Below, in pieces: positions 1 to 7,563 of a stretch of DNA of 20,000 nt (position 1 is the first letter of the stretch; every line of letters begins with the position of its first letter). The DNA is from an uncultured virus (IMG/VR IMGVR_UViG_3300010234_000006). Its lineage: Duplodnaviria > Heunggongvirae > Uroviricota > Caudoviricetes. The stretch lies in the IMG/VR virus record IMGVR_UViG_3300010234_000006. The stretch is one strand, 5' to 3'. The position numbers and the translations under genes were made by a program. The notes under the pieces are model-generated. The model searched no databases, was not told where the DNA came from, and was given only the letters and a program-made list of their open reading frames with translations.

Positions 1-1062
1 CACGCAGAGGATGTAGTATTCGACCTCGTCGTAAAGGTCTGCAGCGAGAGGCATGAAGAGTTTGGGTCTCGAGACTTGAGGCCAATCGGGCTGTTCATAG
101 AGACATTGAAGAAGAATGCCAAGTGGAAGTATTCAAGGCTCGAGAAGTCTTCTGACGTCGCAGAGCGAAACAGCCTTGTTGCCCAGCAGATTTTTGGAGA
201 GGTTCCGAGTGAGTCTGGATTCGATTACAGCGAAACGGTTCCGGCAATTCTTCGAGTCCTGAACCGCCTTGATGACGACCTCAGGCAGGCCTTCATCCTC
301 TTCTATCTCGAAGGCAAGAGCTTTTCCGAAGTCGCAACGTGCCTTGGCGTTAGCAAGCTTAAGGCGACGACATGGGCTCATACAGCCCGCATCTACCTCT
401 GGCTCTATGTGGCGCGAAAGATCTTCGGGTGGAGCGCCAAGGAGATCGTCAGCAAAGCTGCTCGAAACAAGGATATCTCCAAAGGCCTTTCGTACTCAGC
501 CCCTCTCCATAACATTAGAGTTCTCCTGTTGGGCACGAAAGGCGTTGGAATGCTCATAAAGAGAGCGAAGTCAGTCATAGGGGAGGAGGCCTGGGATGCT
601 CCCATTAAACAGAATTCGGCTGGGACATTCTGTGTGCTCCCAGAGCCCGGTGCGCCTCCTGGCTCGTCCGTAAGCATCACGCCGGAACAGCTTGCTGAGT
701 TGAGGTACGCCGTCACTGAAGTGTGGCACCTCTGGCCGTCAGCTGTTCGGGCTGACGTTAACTTCGCATGGGTGACCAACAAAGCCAGCGAAGAATTTCG
801 AAATGAGCTCATTCAGGTGCGCGAAACTCTGATGGATATCGTGCACCAGATCATGCACGCCATCGACACCGGAGACTGCCATGCTCTGCCGCTCTTGAGC
901 GAAAGCATGCAGAAAGCCCAGTGGGACTACTTCAGACAGGTATCCCAGTACGATGTCTTCTCCCCAGGGCGCCAGCTGCTGCAAGAGTGGAACCGGGAGA
1001 CGCTCGATCTTCGGGAGGCACTCGACCGCGTGGGCGAGCTGATAGCCTCATTCATCGCCTGA
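1..1062 (+). CDS. ECF-type RNA polymerase sigma-70 factor with long C-terminal extension (5'-truncated by window)
   Basis: Frame 1 is open from base 1 (HAEDVVFDLVVKV..., resembling the ECF region-2 'AEDLVQDVFLK' motif). Region-4-like 'LNRLDDDLRQAFILFYLEGKSFSEVATCLGVSKLKATTW' follows, then about 200 further aa with no recognisable domain. Confidence 0.7.
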   Translation, partial: HAEDVVFDLVVKVCSERHEEFGSRDLRPIGLFIETLKKNAKWKYSRLEKSSDVAERNSLVAQQIFGEVPSESGFDYSETVPAILRVLNRLDDDLRQAFILFYLEGKSFSEVATCLGVSKLKATTWAHTARIYLWLYVARKIFGWSAKEIVSKAARNKDISKGLSYSAPLHNIRVLLLGTKGVGMLIKRAKSVIGEEAWDAPIKQNSAGTFCVLPEPGAPPGSSVSITPEQLAELRYAVTEVWHLWPSAVRADVNFAWVTNKASEEFRNELIQVRETLMDIVHQIMHAIDTGDCHALPLLSESMQKAQWDYFRQVSQYDVFSPGRQLLQEWNRETLDLREALDRVGELIASFIA

Positions 1063-1096
1063 TTGGGAGCCAGCCATTCGCACGAGGAAGTTGAAG

Positions 1097-1669
1097 ATGA
1101 AGACCGTAACCAAGATTCTCATCGCCGCAGGAGCCATCGCCGGCCTCGCAGCCGCTTCATCATCGGACGGAGGGGAAGATATCGACCCGAACGACATCGA
1201 AGCCTGGGCGAAGAGGCGCAGCGCCCCTGGGAGAAGTGCTGCGATCGAACGCGCTCGAACGGGAATCGAGCAAAGAAACGGGCAATCATTGCCCGATTCC
1301 ATACCGCTCGAGCATCTACGTGTGTTTCTCGGGCAAGTGAAGCCCGTTCGAGGTAGCGAAACAGTGATGAGGGAGTTCGAGGGAACCCCCTACGAGGTGT
1401 CCTCTGGGATTGAGATCAGACAGAGGGAATCCGAATCGTTCATGTACGCAGGGAGCATGGAGATCCCGCAGCCTGGAATCAAAATCAAGTCCTTCAGCCC
1501 GAGCAGCAAAGATCTGGCCGACCTTATCACCGCAGCCACCAGTCCCATCGAGCCAGGAGATGATGTCTGGGATTGGAGTGACTCGAGAGGGCCGCTTTCC
1601 GGAGTTGGCGGCCTCGCCATCATTCGAGACGGCCGAGTCATCGCACAGACCCAGACATGGGTATCTTGA
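1097..1669 (+). CDS. N-terminally membrane-anchored hypothetical protein
   Basis: ATG 1097 preceded by GAGG. N-terminus MKTVTKILIAAGAIAGLAAASSSDGG. Compact C-terminal domain PGDDVWDWSDSRGPLSGVGGLAIIRDGRVIAQTQTWVS. Confidence 0.75.
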   Translation: MKTVTKILIAAGAIAGLAAASSSDGGEDIDPNDIEAWAKRRSAPGRSAAIERARTGIEQRNGQSLPDSIPLEHLRVFLGQVKPVRGSETVMREFEGTPYEVSSGIEIRQRESESFMYAGSMEIPQPGIKIKSFSPSSKDLADLITAATSPIEPGDDVWDWSDSRGPLSGVGGLAIIRDGRVIAQTQTWVS

Positions 1670-1704
1670 CGCTCACGCCCACACAGCATTACATTGGGGA
1701 CAAT

Positions 1705-1727
1705 AAACAAAAGGGGGCCTCGCCCCC
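1705..1727 (-). terminator. Small GC hairpin with a U-rich tail on the minus strand (putative intrinsic terminator)
   Basis: GGGGGC-CTC-GCCCCC (1713-1727) preceded by AAACAAAA on the plus strand. Confidence 0.45.
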
Positions 1728-1804
1728 CATATACGACAAGCCTAGAGCCACACCGGGGCCAGGCACGGTGGGTCGGAACTGGCGCTGACGGCAAAAGCCA
1801 GAAC

Positions 1805-1850
1805 GAAAAGAGAAGGGACGCGCCAGCTAGCGCGTCCCTTTCTCGTTTTC
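1805..1850. terminator. Bidirectional intrinsic terminator between convergent genes
   Basis: Perfect 11-bp stem AAGGGACGCGC (1813-1823) / GCGCGTCCCTT (1830-1840), flanked by GAAAAGAG and TCTCGTTTTC. Lies between the + gene ending at 1669 and the - gene ending at 1849. Confidence 0.75.
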
Positions 1851-2208
1851 ATTGGGCGTTCGAGATGCTGTGCGCAATCTTGAGGATGGACTCACGGCCT
1901 ATCATCCGAATGACTCGATCATCATCCTTCGCGATCCGAAAGCTGCTCACCTCGATTCCGATCGCCCTCATGTGCTCGACGACCGAGTCTGCTCCGTAGA
2001 TGATCTTCGCTGGCGACGTCCCGAGCTCGTCCGCTATGACGGAAAGGTGCTCCGTCGATATGGTCGTCATTCCACGCTCAATCTTTGAGTACGCCGCCTG
2101 GGACACCTTCATCATCCTGGAGACCTCTGCTTGGTGCAGTCCTTTGTCCTTCCTGATCACGTAGATGATGGCGCCAACGACTGCGCTGTATGTGGTCAGT
2201 GGCTTCAT
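1849..2208 (-). CDS. XRE/Cro-family helix-turn-helix transcriptional regulator
   Basis: IRKDKGLHQAEVSRMMKVSQAAYSKIERG...HLSVIADELG is a typical HTH_3 signature. Confidence 0.9.
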   Translation of the reverse strand: MKPLTTYSAVVGAIIYVIRKDKGLHQAEVSRMMKVSQAAYSKIERGMTTISTEHLSVIADELGTSPAKIIYGADSVVEHMRAIGIEVSSFRIAKDDDRVIRMIGRESILKIAHSISNAQ

Positions 2209-2234
2209 CTACTCACCCGGCAATGTAGTGTGTG

Positions 2235-2990
2235 TCACCATAGATGCGGCTCCCTCTCTTCGGTACTGGGATACTCCGAAGCCATATCGTACAGCACTTT
2301 CCGCGCATTCGACTTGTCTATGGGGGAAGGGCCTTCACGCCACCAGAACCAGTGCTCAGGGCGAAGGCCCACGTATCCAGGATCGGGCTCAGACCGCTTC
2401 GCATCCAAGACACCTGCCTTCCAGCCGTTTTCATCTCGCCACACCACAAGGGCCTCGTAGTTGCCAAAATACCTATGGAGATGCACAACCCAAGCGAGAG
2501 GGGATAGAGGGTCTTGCGAGAAAGGCTCTTCCTTCATCGACCATGGGACGTCAGAGTCGAATTTGAACCGTATTCTCTCAGTCTCAACTGGTCCAAGTCC
2601 TATTCGAGTAGCGACATCCTGCATGGATGCAAGCACAGCTTCAGGCATAATCAAGCGACGCATCTCCGCTCTCTCCAGAGCCTCCCTGGCGGAACTGTCG
2701 TCCGGGTTGAGAGCCAAGCGTCGTCGGAGCTCAGCTATGACGTCCTCGTTGGAGGCTCCAAGTGCTTGTGGCGACGCCACCTCATCGCCTTCGATGAGAC
2801 CATGGGCAAAGCTACCCATGATTCCGCCCACAGAGCCTGCAAGAAGCGCATAGAAGGTGACCTCGGGGATCCCCATAGGGTCATACAGCCGTGGATTCTT
2901 CTTGTAGTCGAGGTGACGCTTTGCCACGACGTATGCGAATGTTAGCGCTGCACCTCCGATGACGAAGCCTTCCTTACTCATCGCTCTCAT
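2235..2990 (-). CDS. Hypothetical membrane protein (two N-terminal hydrophobic segments)
   Basis: GFVIGGAALTFAYVVAKRH and VTFYALLAGSVGGIMGSFA. GGGAGG RBS upstream. Co-oriented in the minus-strand operon. Confidence 0.7.
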   Translation of the reverse strand: MRAMSKEGFVIGGAALTFAYVVAKRHLDYKKNPRLYDPMGIPEVTFYALLAGSVGGIMGSFAHGLIEGDEVASPQALGASNEDVIAELRRRLALNPDDSSAREALERAEMRRLIMPEAVLASMQDVATRIGLGPVETERIRFKFDSDVPWSMKEEPFSQDPLSPLAWVVHLHRYFGNYEALVVWRDENGWKAGVLDAKRSEPDPGYVGLRPEHWFWWREGPSPIDKSNARKVLYDMASEYPSTEEREPHLW

Positions 2991-3011
2991 CCCTCCCTGT
3001 GAATGACCGAT

Positions 3012-3326
3012 TCAATCGAAGGTCCACCTTTCCTGTTCCCCATCGTTCACAATCTCTCCCGCGATGTCGGTCACGACATCGCCGATGGTATCGATCGTAT
3101 CACTTCCTGGTATGTCGGGGATGACATCGATGTTCTCGATCGCCTCTTCGACTTCTTCCTTCGCAGCCTTTGCTCCCTCGGTGAGGCCTTCGACGAGGGC
3201 ATCTTTGAGGTCTGCGAATGCCTTCTTCGTGTACGAAGCTTCGATAGCCTTCCAGATTACGGTGCCCGTGATGACCCCTCCGAATATGAGTAGGCCCTTC
3301 TGAAACGGGCTCAAATCCTTCTTCAT
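3012..3326 (-). CDS. Small N-terminally anchored acidic protein
   Basis: Start re-assigned to ATG 3326, which overlaps the toxin stop (TGATG). MKKDLSPFQKGLLIFGGVITGTVIWKA followed by an acidic helical tail. Confidence 0.7.
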   Translation of the reverse strand: MKKDLSPFQKGLLIFGGVITGTVIWKAIEASYTKKAFADLKDALVEGLTEGAKAAKEEVEEAIENIDVIPDIPGSDTIDTIGDVVTDIAGEIVNDGEQERWTFD

Positions 3327-3703
3327 CACTTCTTCCCTCTCGTTGCCACGCAGATCACCTCTGACAGGCGCTTCCACTCGGACTTGAGCCTCTCGGGGAG
3401 GTGCCTCCCCTCGGAGCTCTTCCTGTCGAATGCTGCAAGAAGGTATACAGGACATCCCAGCATGGGTGCGAACACGTAGTAGACCCTGAGCGCTCCGCCC
3501 TTGCCCTTTCCTGGTATCGGCCAGCGTATCTGGCGCACCGACCCGATGATGGGCTTTCCTGACTCGGGGCGCTGGCTGAGCTCGCCAACAAGCGCGTCGA
3601 TGTTCTCTTCAGATTTGAACCTCTGAAGGCTCGACTCGAACTTCGGCGTAAATACTACTGTTCTGTAGCCTGAGGCGGCTTTGTCTTCCCTGTGATCGTC
3701 CAT
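3326..3703 (-). CDS. RelE/ParE-superfamily (HigB-like) toxin
   Basis: VVFTPKFES...ELSQRPESGKPIIGSVRQIRWPIPGKGKGGALRVYY...VYLLAAFDRK matches the RelE/HigB2 'GKSGGxRVIY...LLxxYxK' pattern. GGAGGA RBS. Confidence 0.85.
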   Translation of the reverse strand: MDDHREDKAASGYRTVVFTPKFESSLQRFKSEENIDALVGELSQRPESGKPIIGSVRQIRWPIPGKGKGGALRVYYVFAPMLGCPVYLLAAFDRKSSEGRHLPERLKSEWKRLSEVICVATRGKK

Positions 3704-3730
3704 GGATAGATCCTCCGGCGTCTATCCATA
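3701..3730 (-). promoter_or_regulatory. Inverted repeat enclosing the RBS and overlapping the start codon of the toxin gene
   Basis: ATGGATAGA (3702-3710) and TCTATCCAT (3721-3729) are perfect reverse complements. The 10-nt spacer reads CGCCGGAGGA on the minus strand and contains the SD. Confidence 0.6.
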
Positions 3731-3768
3731 TCTTACGCACGGAATGGCTCTCGTCCAAATCAGGCGAT

Positions 3769-3990
3769 TCAGTAGGGGACTCCGTCCCCTCCGTCATCCA
3801 ACCAGTCGGCGATGACCTGGGTGTCCTTGTCTGTCATCTGGAAGAACCCACACCTGATCGACTTGCATGTGAACACCGTGACCGACTTTGTCTTGTCTTC
3901 ATTGTGGATTATGGACTTCTCCGCCCACCTCCCATCAATCTCGACCCTGTCTCCACTGCCGAGCTCCGTGAGTCTTGCCGCCGTGTCCAC
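3769..3990 (-). CDS. Small hypothetical protein (73 aa)
   Basis: GTG start with a strong AGGAGG RBS directly after the GNAT stop. Confidence 0.65.
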   Translation of the reverse strand: MDTAARLTELGSGDRVEIDGRWAEKSIIHNEDKTKSVTVFTCKSIRCGFFQMTDKDTQVIADWLDDGGDGVPY

Positions 3991-3999
3991 CTGCTCCTC

Positions 4000-4566
4000 C
4001 TAGACCCACAACTCGAAGTACGGGTCGTCTTGGCTCCATTCACCGGAGCCCGTGTGTTCGAATCCCATCTCGTCCAAGAGTCGGGCCATGTTTGGGTTCA
4101 CCACCCAGGCCTCGAGCCTCACGGGCCTGCCGTAGCTCAGGGAGACCTGCCTGTAGTGCTCGACCAAGGCAGCCACGAGTCTCGAGCCAACGCCGCGCCG
4201 TCGCATCTTCGGGCTCACCACCGCGCTGAAGCGAACGAGCAGCATCTCATCGTTCTCACCGGGACTCCCGGCGAACATGGAGCCAACGACGTCGCCCTCT
4301 TCGGTGATGCATGCGTAGAGAGGTTCCTCGTACGATGAAAGGTTGATCCCCGCCTCGGTGAATAGCTCCTCGGCGGCGTTGACGATCTCCCAGTAGTCCG
4401 CGGCCCCTGGATATTCGTCGTACTCCCATCCCCCGTCATCGATCGCGTGAATGCTGCAGCTTGGCATTTTTCCCTCCTCGAGCGCGGCATCATCACTCCC
4501 GCGACCGAGAATGGCAAGCACAACGCCTCCTGCAAGAAGGGATGCTGCAATTTTCCAGACCTTCAC
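4000..4566 (-). CDS. GNAT-family N-acetyltransferase with N-terminal membrane anchor
   Basis: Acetyl-CoA motif A (VVSPKMRRRGVGSRLV) and motif B (NPNMARLLDEMGF). Start re-assigned to GTG 4566 (AGGAGG RBS, GTGA overlap with the upstream stop). N-terminus VKVWKIAASLLAGGVVLAILGRGS. Confidence 0.85.
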   Translation of the reverse strand: MKVWKIAASLLAGGVVLAILGRGSDDAALEEGKMPSCSIHAIDDGGWEYDEYPGAADYWEIVNAAEELFTEAGINLSSYEEPLYACITEEGDVVGSMFAGSPGENDEMLLVRFSAVVSPKMRRRGVGSRLVAALVEHYRQVSLSYGRPVRLEAWVVNPNMARLLDEMGFEHTGSGEWSQDDPYFELWV

Positions 4567-5381
4567 ACTTCCTCCTGGCATCCGATCTCATCGCCAATGA
4601 GGTAGCTCCAGAGCTTCTCGTTGAATCTCTCCGTTGCCTCGCCAGTGCTCATTACGATGCTGGGATCTCCCTTGCTCATAGCGTAGACGAAGTAGCGCTT
4701 GATGTCCCGAGCGGCGCTTATCGACTTCGGGCTCGCAGCTCGAACGAAGAACTCGCGCACACCGTATGGGACATTCGTCGGCGTGTCGGCCTTTGTCGCC
4801 GCATTGTACAGGGCGATGAAGTCATCTCTCGCATCCGACATGGTCTTCTTGCCCACAGCTCCGATAGCGTACTGGCGAATCACCTCAGCGAGCTGCTGAG
4901 TTGGCTTGAAGTCTTCCTCGTACTCCTCGACGATGATGTCGTGCATCTCATCGGCGAGGTCTGCGAGGAAGAGACCTGCGTGCCGCTCTGACCAGCAGAG
5001 CTTCGCTCCGCGAAAGTACATGGTCTGGTACAGGGCCGGAGGTCGCAGGTCAGATGCCTTCAGGGGGCGAATCTCGATGTGGCTGAAGCCGTCGATGGCG
5101 TCGTAGGGCTTTCGGTATTTCGAACCGCCTGCCTCCGCGAGCTTTCGCTCTTGGAGCATCATCATCTTGGCTATCTCTCTCGCCGCATCGTGGTCCCCAC
5201 GTCGAACAGCCTCCCTCATGGCGCCCTGGCCCGCCTCCCCGAGGGGGTCCGAGCTTGCGTCGAGCATGAGTCGCTCGAGCTGAGGAGCTCGACTCACCTT
5301 GTCGTTCCCTCCGGACGAGAGAAGGGCCGCGGCTCCCACCGCAGCCCCAAGACCTAGTATGACCTTTGTGCTGTTCTTCAT
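4563..5381 (-). CDS. N-terminally membrane-anchored hypothetical protein
   Basis: MKNSTKVILGLGAAVGAAALLSSGG. 272 aa, coupled to the GNAT gene. Confidence 0.75.
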   Translation of the reverse strand: MKNSTKVILGLGAAVGAAALLSSGGNDKVSRAPQLERLMLDASSDPLGEAGQGAMREAVRRGDHDAAREIAKMMMLQERKLAEAGGSKYRKPYDAIDGFSHIEIRPLKASDLRPPALYQTMYFRGAKLCWSERHAGLFLADLADEMHDIIVEEYEEDFKPTQQLAEVIRQYAIGAVGKKTMSDARDDFIALYNAATKADTPTNVPYGVREFFVRAASPKSISAARDIKRYFVYAMSKGDPSIVMSTGEATERFNEKLWSYLIGDEIGCQEEV

Positions 5382-5402
5382 CGAGGAATCCGTTTCTGTT
5401 TT

Positions 5403-5930
5403 TTACCAGAGGGTGGGCTCGCCCATTCCTATGAGGTAGATCGTGTCGGCAACCCACGATTTGATGATCGATGGCGCTTTGGAGGAAAGGCGCTTTCCGG
5501 GATCTCCCCACGCATCCTGCATCAGCTCAATCTGTCTCTGCAGGACTGCAGAGACACGATCCAGATCCTGCCTGGGAAGCTCACGAAGAACGCGCGAGAG
5601 GTGCTTCATTATTTGATAGACACGCTCGCTCTCGCTTGCACTCTGATTGTAGTCCTGCTCATCATCGAGGGCATCTTCGATGACCATGAAGAGGTCGGAA
5701 AGGAGGAACGATGAAATTTCATCGGCCGACATTTCCATGCCGGACGAAGCTGCAGCGAACGCAGGGTTTGAGCGAGATGCGACAAACCTATCAACCATCC
5801 GCTGGTTCGCCTCTTCCTTCTTGTCCTTCTCCCCGCCATCTTCGGCCTTCTTTCCCTTTCCGCCCGAAGCTGCGGCGGCAATGGCCGCAATCGCAGCCGC
5901 TCCGAGTGCCAGTTTTGTTCCTGTCTTCAT
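5403..5930 (-). CDS. N-terminally membrane-anchored hypothetical protein
   Basis: MKTGTKLALGAAAIAAIAAAASGGKGKK. AAGGGA RBS. Confidence 0.75.
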   Translation of the reverse strand: MKTGTKLALGAAAIAAIAAAASGGKGKKAEDGGEKDKKEEANQRMVDRFVASRSNPAFAAASSGMEMSADEISSFLLSDLFMVIEDALDDEQDYNQSASESERVYQIMKHLSRVLRELPRQDLDRVSAVLQRQIELMQDAWGDPGKRLSSKAPSIIKSWVADTIYLIGMGEPTLW

Positions 5931-5941
5931 TTTGAAATCCC

Positions 5942-6892
5942 TTAATTCTTGCGACGCTTGATCGCGTAACCAATGCCCAGGGCGACGGCAAGCAAAGCGA
6001 TTGCAACGCCCGCGCCTCCGCCCTTCTTCTTTTCTCGAGCTCCGGCGAATTGAGGGCGGCGCGCGGCCGGCTCAACGCCCTTCTTCACCTTCTCTTCGGA
6101 CTCGGCATAGGACTCGATCTGTTCGTTCACGAACTCGTCGGAGCCAGCGAAGTCGAACGTCTGACCTTCTTCGCCTCCCCAGTCGTAGCCAGAGAAGTCG
6201 AACGTCTGCGCTTCCTCGACGGGCGCGCCTTCGGCAGCGAGAGCTTCCGCCACCCACGCCTCGCTCTCTTCTGCGAAGTCGAACGTCTGCGCTTCCTTGA
6301 GTCCTCCAGCCGCAGCCTTGATGCGTGCCCATGCGCTCTTCAGCGCGTTGATGACGGACTCCTTGCGAGCGCCGAGCACTGCAGGGTCGAACGTTCGAGA
6401 AGCCTGGTCGACAAAGGCCTCGGAGGGCTCGTCGCTGGTGGCGAGGACTTCGGCAGCCTCGGCCGAAGCCTGTGGAGCTCGGGCTGGAATGTCGACGTAG
6501 TAGACCACCTTCGGGAGGTTGTCTGAGCCATCGGAGCTTCGTTTGTAGGCGACCAGGAACCCATCGGCGACCAGTCGGTCTCGCTGGTTCATGAGGTCGA
6601 CGGCCTTGTCGAAGATCCCCTCTTCGTACACGAGATCTCGCGCGAGCAGGTCGAGGTCCTCGGCAAACTCCGGCGTGGTGCTCACATCTTCACCGTGGGT
6701 GACGAGCGGGCCCATAGCTGCGAAGTACATGAGGACACCCTCCTCCTGCGCGCTCGCCATGGCGTCCTTGTCGTCGCTACCTCGTGCGAGAAGGAATGCT
6801 CCGTATGCGTGGTTGAAGCCCTCCTGTGCCGCGGCGCGGTCGCCCTGAACGGCCTTGTTGAAGACGGTGGTGGGTACGATGTTGACTGCCAT
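5942..6892 (-). CDS. C-terminally anchored acidic protein with QTFDF repeats
   Basis: Ends KKKGGGAGVAIALLAVALGIGYAIKRRKN. Three QTFDF motifs. The start abuts the holin-like gene stop (TAAATG). Confidence 0.8.
   Translation of the reverse strand: MAVNIVPTTVFNKAVQGDRAAAQEGFNHAYGAFLLARGSDDKDAMASAQEEGVLMYFAAMGPLVTHGEDVSTTPEFAEDLDLLARDLVYEEGIFDKAVDLMNQRDRLVADGFLVAYKRSSDGSDNLPKVVYYVDIPARAPQASAEAAEVLATSDEPSEAFVDQASRTFDPAVLGARKESVINALKSAWARIKAAAGGLKEAQTFDFAEESEAWVAEALAAEGAPVEEAQTFDFSGYDWGGEEGQTFDFAGSDEFVNEQIESYAESEEKVKKGVEPAARRPQFAGAREKKKGGGAGVAIALLAVALGIGYAIKRRKN
6149..6297. repeat. Three dispersed copies of GAAGTCGAACGTCTG (encoding QTFDF on the minus strand)
   Basis: Copies at 6149-6163, 6194-6208 and 6275-6289. 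Copies 2 and 3 extend to an identical 23-mer ending CGCTTCCT. Confidence 0.9.
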
Positions 6893-7219
6893 TTATGGAT
6901 CCTCTTCTTCGTCGGAGACATCGATGTCGATGAACTCTTCTATCTGGATGTCGCCCGAGGGGGATTTTATCCCGACGGCCTCGAGGGCGAGGTTGTGTCC
7001 CATCTGCGCGAGATGTAGGAACTTATCGAGCGACGCTTGTCCGAGGATGTACCCAACGGACACGAAGGCGTTCACTGCGATCAAGGAGCAAAGGATGGCG
7101 GTCTGATGGGCGCCCGGGGGCACAGTGATGAGCACCAGCACCATGAGGACCTTCCAAAGGAAGCTATCCGTCATGAACGCGATGAACTTCTTCGACTGAA
7201 GCGGGCTCTTCTTCTCCAC
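6893..7219 (-). CDS. Holin-like two-TM protein
   Basis: 'QSKKF' before TM1 and 'GYILGQASLD' after TM2 recall the SRKF...YIxG[QE]xxxD pattern of small phage holin-like proteins. Charged C-terminal tail. Confidence 0.55.
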   Translation of the reverse strand: MEKKSPLQSKKFIAFMTDSFLWKVLMVLVLITVPPGAHQTAILCSLIAVNAFVSVGYILGQASLDKFLHLAQMGHNLALEAVGIKSPSGDIQIEEFIDIDVSDEEEDP

Positions 7220-7451
7220 CGTTCCACTCTTGCTTCATCTCATCCCAGCTCTTTCCAAATCTGAGCTGAAGGATTCGATCAACACGTGCGCTGTCCGACT
7301 CACTCATGGAGCCGATCACCCTGTCTATCATAAGGGTGATCCGACTCGTTGCACGCTTTGAACAGCTCATGGCTGTAGGCTTCGCCTCACTGCTAATCAT
7401 GCTCGAGATGACTCGAAGCATGTTCGACTCGGTCTGCTCACGTTCCGTCAT
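7164..7451 (-). CDS. Hypothetical protein (95 aa)
   Basis: AAGGAG RBS before ATG 7451. First gene of the long minus-strand run. Overlaps the next ORF by 56 nt. Confidence 0.5.
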   Translation of the reverse strand: MTEREQTESNMLRVISSMISSEAKPTAMSCSKRATSRITLMIDRVIGSMSESDSARVDRILQLRFGKSWDEMKQEWNGGEEEPASVEEVHRVHDG

Positions 7452-7513
7452 TGCGATTCTCCTTCGCGATTCTTCCTCTCATCATTCATCATAGGCCATG
7501 GTACTGCTCGAGG

Positions 7514-7528
7514 TGTCAGTTCCTGACA
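7514..7528. promoter_or_regulatory. Operator-like palindrome in a divergent intergenic region
   Basis: TGTCAG-TTC-CTGACA (6-3-6 inverted repeat) between divergent starts at 7451 (-) and 7564 (+). Confidence 0.35.
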
Positions 7529-7563
7529 AGGGCATGTCGATTTTTCATTTTTAGGAGAAGACA

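Noticed and set aside
1770..1810. c-di-GMP-I riboswitch-like 'GACGGCAAAAGCC'
   Set aside because: The rest of the consensus is missing, and the site lies between gene 3' ends rather than in a 5' UTR.
3609..3797. 62-aa ORF upstream of the toxin as its antitoxin
   Set aside because: It overlaps both the toxin and the 73-aa gene and has no HTH/RHH features. Cannot be fully excluded as a leader ORF.
6149..6297. Repeat-spacer pattern as a mini CRISPR array
   Set aside because: The core is only 15 nt, spacers are unequal (30 and 66 nt), all copies are in frame in a CDS, and no cas genes are present.
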